DNA of 64,000 nucleotides from Macrostomum lignano (Eukaryota), in NCBI GenBank assembly GCA_002269645.1, contig NIVC01000061.1:558001-622000 (forward strand). The letters run 5' to 3'. This document shows, one piece after another, positions 33,891 through 64,000 of this stretch (position 1 is its first letter; each line of letters starts with the position of its first letter). A program made the translations under genes and the position numbers. Under the pieces are notes generated by a model that had not been told where the DNA came from, searched no databases, and saw only the letters and a list, made by a program, of their open reading frames with translations.

Positions 33891-34202
33891 AAAAATATTT
33901 GTGCTCGCTAAGTCAACTGAGCAGTCAGTCACAAGATTTCTGCGCATGAAAGATAAGTATAACTATTTTGGCTGTCAGTATCTCAGCCAGTGCGTCAATA
34001 TCAATTGAAATACGCGTCACCTGTTGCGTTTACCGACTTCCTTCATGCTGAGCAGCCTTGGCAATCGCTACATAACCGTACGTACGCTTCGTGCACCTCT
34101 AAATATATAAGCTCTTCGTCACGAAGCCGCCTGCCTTAAAATCTGCTTCTGCTTGCCCAACTGTCTTGACTGTCTTATCTGATCGAAAAACTGCTGGAAG
34201 CT

Positions 34203-34309
<107 letters not shown>

Positions 34310-34539
34310 TCTGCAGCGAGTTTCCAGCCAGTCATTAGCATATTTTCATTGCCGTAGGAACAGTGAGACACTGCTATTCGATCCGATTGAATTTCACCCC
34401 CACAGCTTGTTCTGTTTCAGCTTTGCGCCTCTCCGCTTTAATCCGCCGCTTAATCTGCAGTCGGTATAAAGTCATACAACAGTCATAAAGTATTTAACTG
34501 GTGCGAGCCAACCACTGACTGACAGCTGGCCGGCTAGTA

Positions 34540-62931
<28,392 letters not shown>

Positions 62932-63044
62932 GTGAGCAGCGCTTTGCGCTCAAATTTGCTGAAAACAATCAACTTTTATGTTTTAAGGTCGACTTTTATT
63001 TTTTCTGCATCTTTTATTTCGTTACTTGTGGCATGAATCAGTAG

Positions 63045-63420
63045 CGTCAGCTGGGTGTCAGGAGAAGTGTCAGAAGCGTCACTTGGGTGTCAGGAGAAGT
63101 GTCAGAAGCGTCAGCTGGGTGTCAGGAGAAGTGTCAGAAGCGTCAGCTGGGTGTCAGGAGAAGTGTCAAAAGCGTCAGCTGGGTGTCAGGAGAAGTGTCA
63201 GAAGCGCCACTTGGGTGTCAGGAGAAGTATCAGAGGCGCCAGTTGGGTGTCGTGAGGTGTCATGAGCGCCAGTTAGGTGTCAGGAGGTGTCAAAAGCGCC
63301 AATTGGGTGTCAGGAAGTGTCAAAAGCATCAATTGGATGACAGGAGATGTCAGAGGCACCAGTTGGGTGTCAGGGGGTGTCAGAAGCACCATTTTGGTGT
63401 CAGCAAGTTGGGTATCAAAG
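63045..63420. repeat. 32-bp minisatellite (gtcagctgggtgtcaggagaagtgtcagaagc), decaying to the right
   Basis: Direct. Confidence 0.88.
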
Positions 63421-63899
63421 GGGCACCCGGGTGAGCGACTTTTGACATTCTAACTGACACTTCTGACACCTCCTCTTAACACCCATTCGCACTCTCTACG
63501 TTCTTGCCTGCAAATTTGACAACTCAGATACATGAAGATATTTAAGACTATTGTTTGCACCTTGTCAAAACGAGCACCTGGCACTAACTTGATTAACCCG
63601 AAGCCATCTAACCTCCGCTATTTTTTATCACAAGAGCTGAGAGCTTAATTCCAAATTGAATTCAATTTTGTACTGAATTTTTATTTTATTTTTAATAGTA
63701 GCTCAGACCTCACTTTACCTATTTATAAGTTTGTAATAAATGTAAAAGCAAGAACTTGTGTTTTCACAGCAGAAATTTTTTTAATTAGCTTTCTCGAATT
63801 GTTCTACATATTATTGTGTGTAGAACGCGGTAAAGTACGCTCGTACTCGTAGGATCCCTTGTACACCCTGCCTATGGATCAGAAAACCCAATTCTAAGA

Positions 63900-63990
63900 G
63901 TGGACACCCCGAATCTTAGAGTGGACACCCCAAATCTTAGAATGGACACCCCAATCTTAGAGTGGACGCCCCCAATCTCTAAATGGACAC
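63900..63990. repeat. ~21-bp repeat (tggacaccccaaatcttagag)
   Basis: 4-5 copies at the window end. Confidence 0.8.
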
Positions 63991-64000
63991 CCAGCAATAA

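Overview
Eukaryotic, intron-rich animal DNA, not prokaryotic; no rRNA, tRNA or CRISPR found. Composition and a different minisatellite in almost every intron suggest a free-living flatworm such as Macrostomum (inference, unverified). I rebuilt spliced genes by hand from GT/GC-AG boundaries and phase continuity. Plus strand: a class B1 (secretin-like) GPCR with two tandem hormone-binding domains (26-6524, 5' end outside window); an intronless secreted Cys-rich/mucin/poly-Arg protein (7310-8296); a long PDE2-like phosphodiesterase (about 34540 to beyond 62931) with at least three candidate alternative first coding exons. Minus strand: five co-oriented genes, FBXL12-like, an orphan coiled-coil ORF, COPS8, a PGAM-like histidine phosphatase and SMIM4/UQCC5-like. 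COPS8 has no in-frame ATG and may take its start codon from a trans-spliced leader. Also present: a Mutator-type MITE with a 9-bp TSD inside a CpG-depleted block, a LINE remnant, Helitron-like ends and about 35 tandem arrays, which explain most ORFs in the supplied track.
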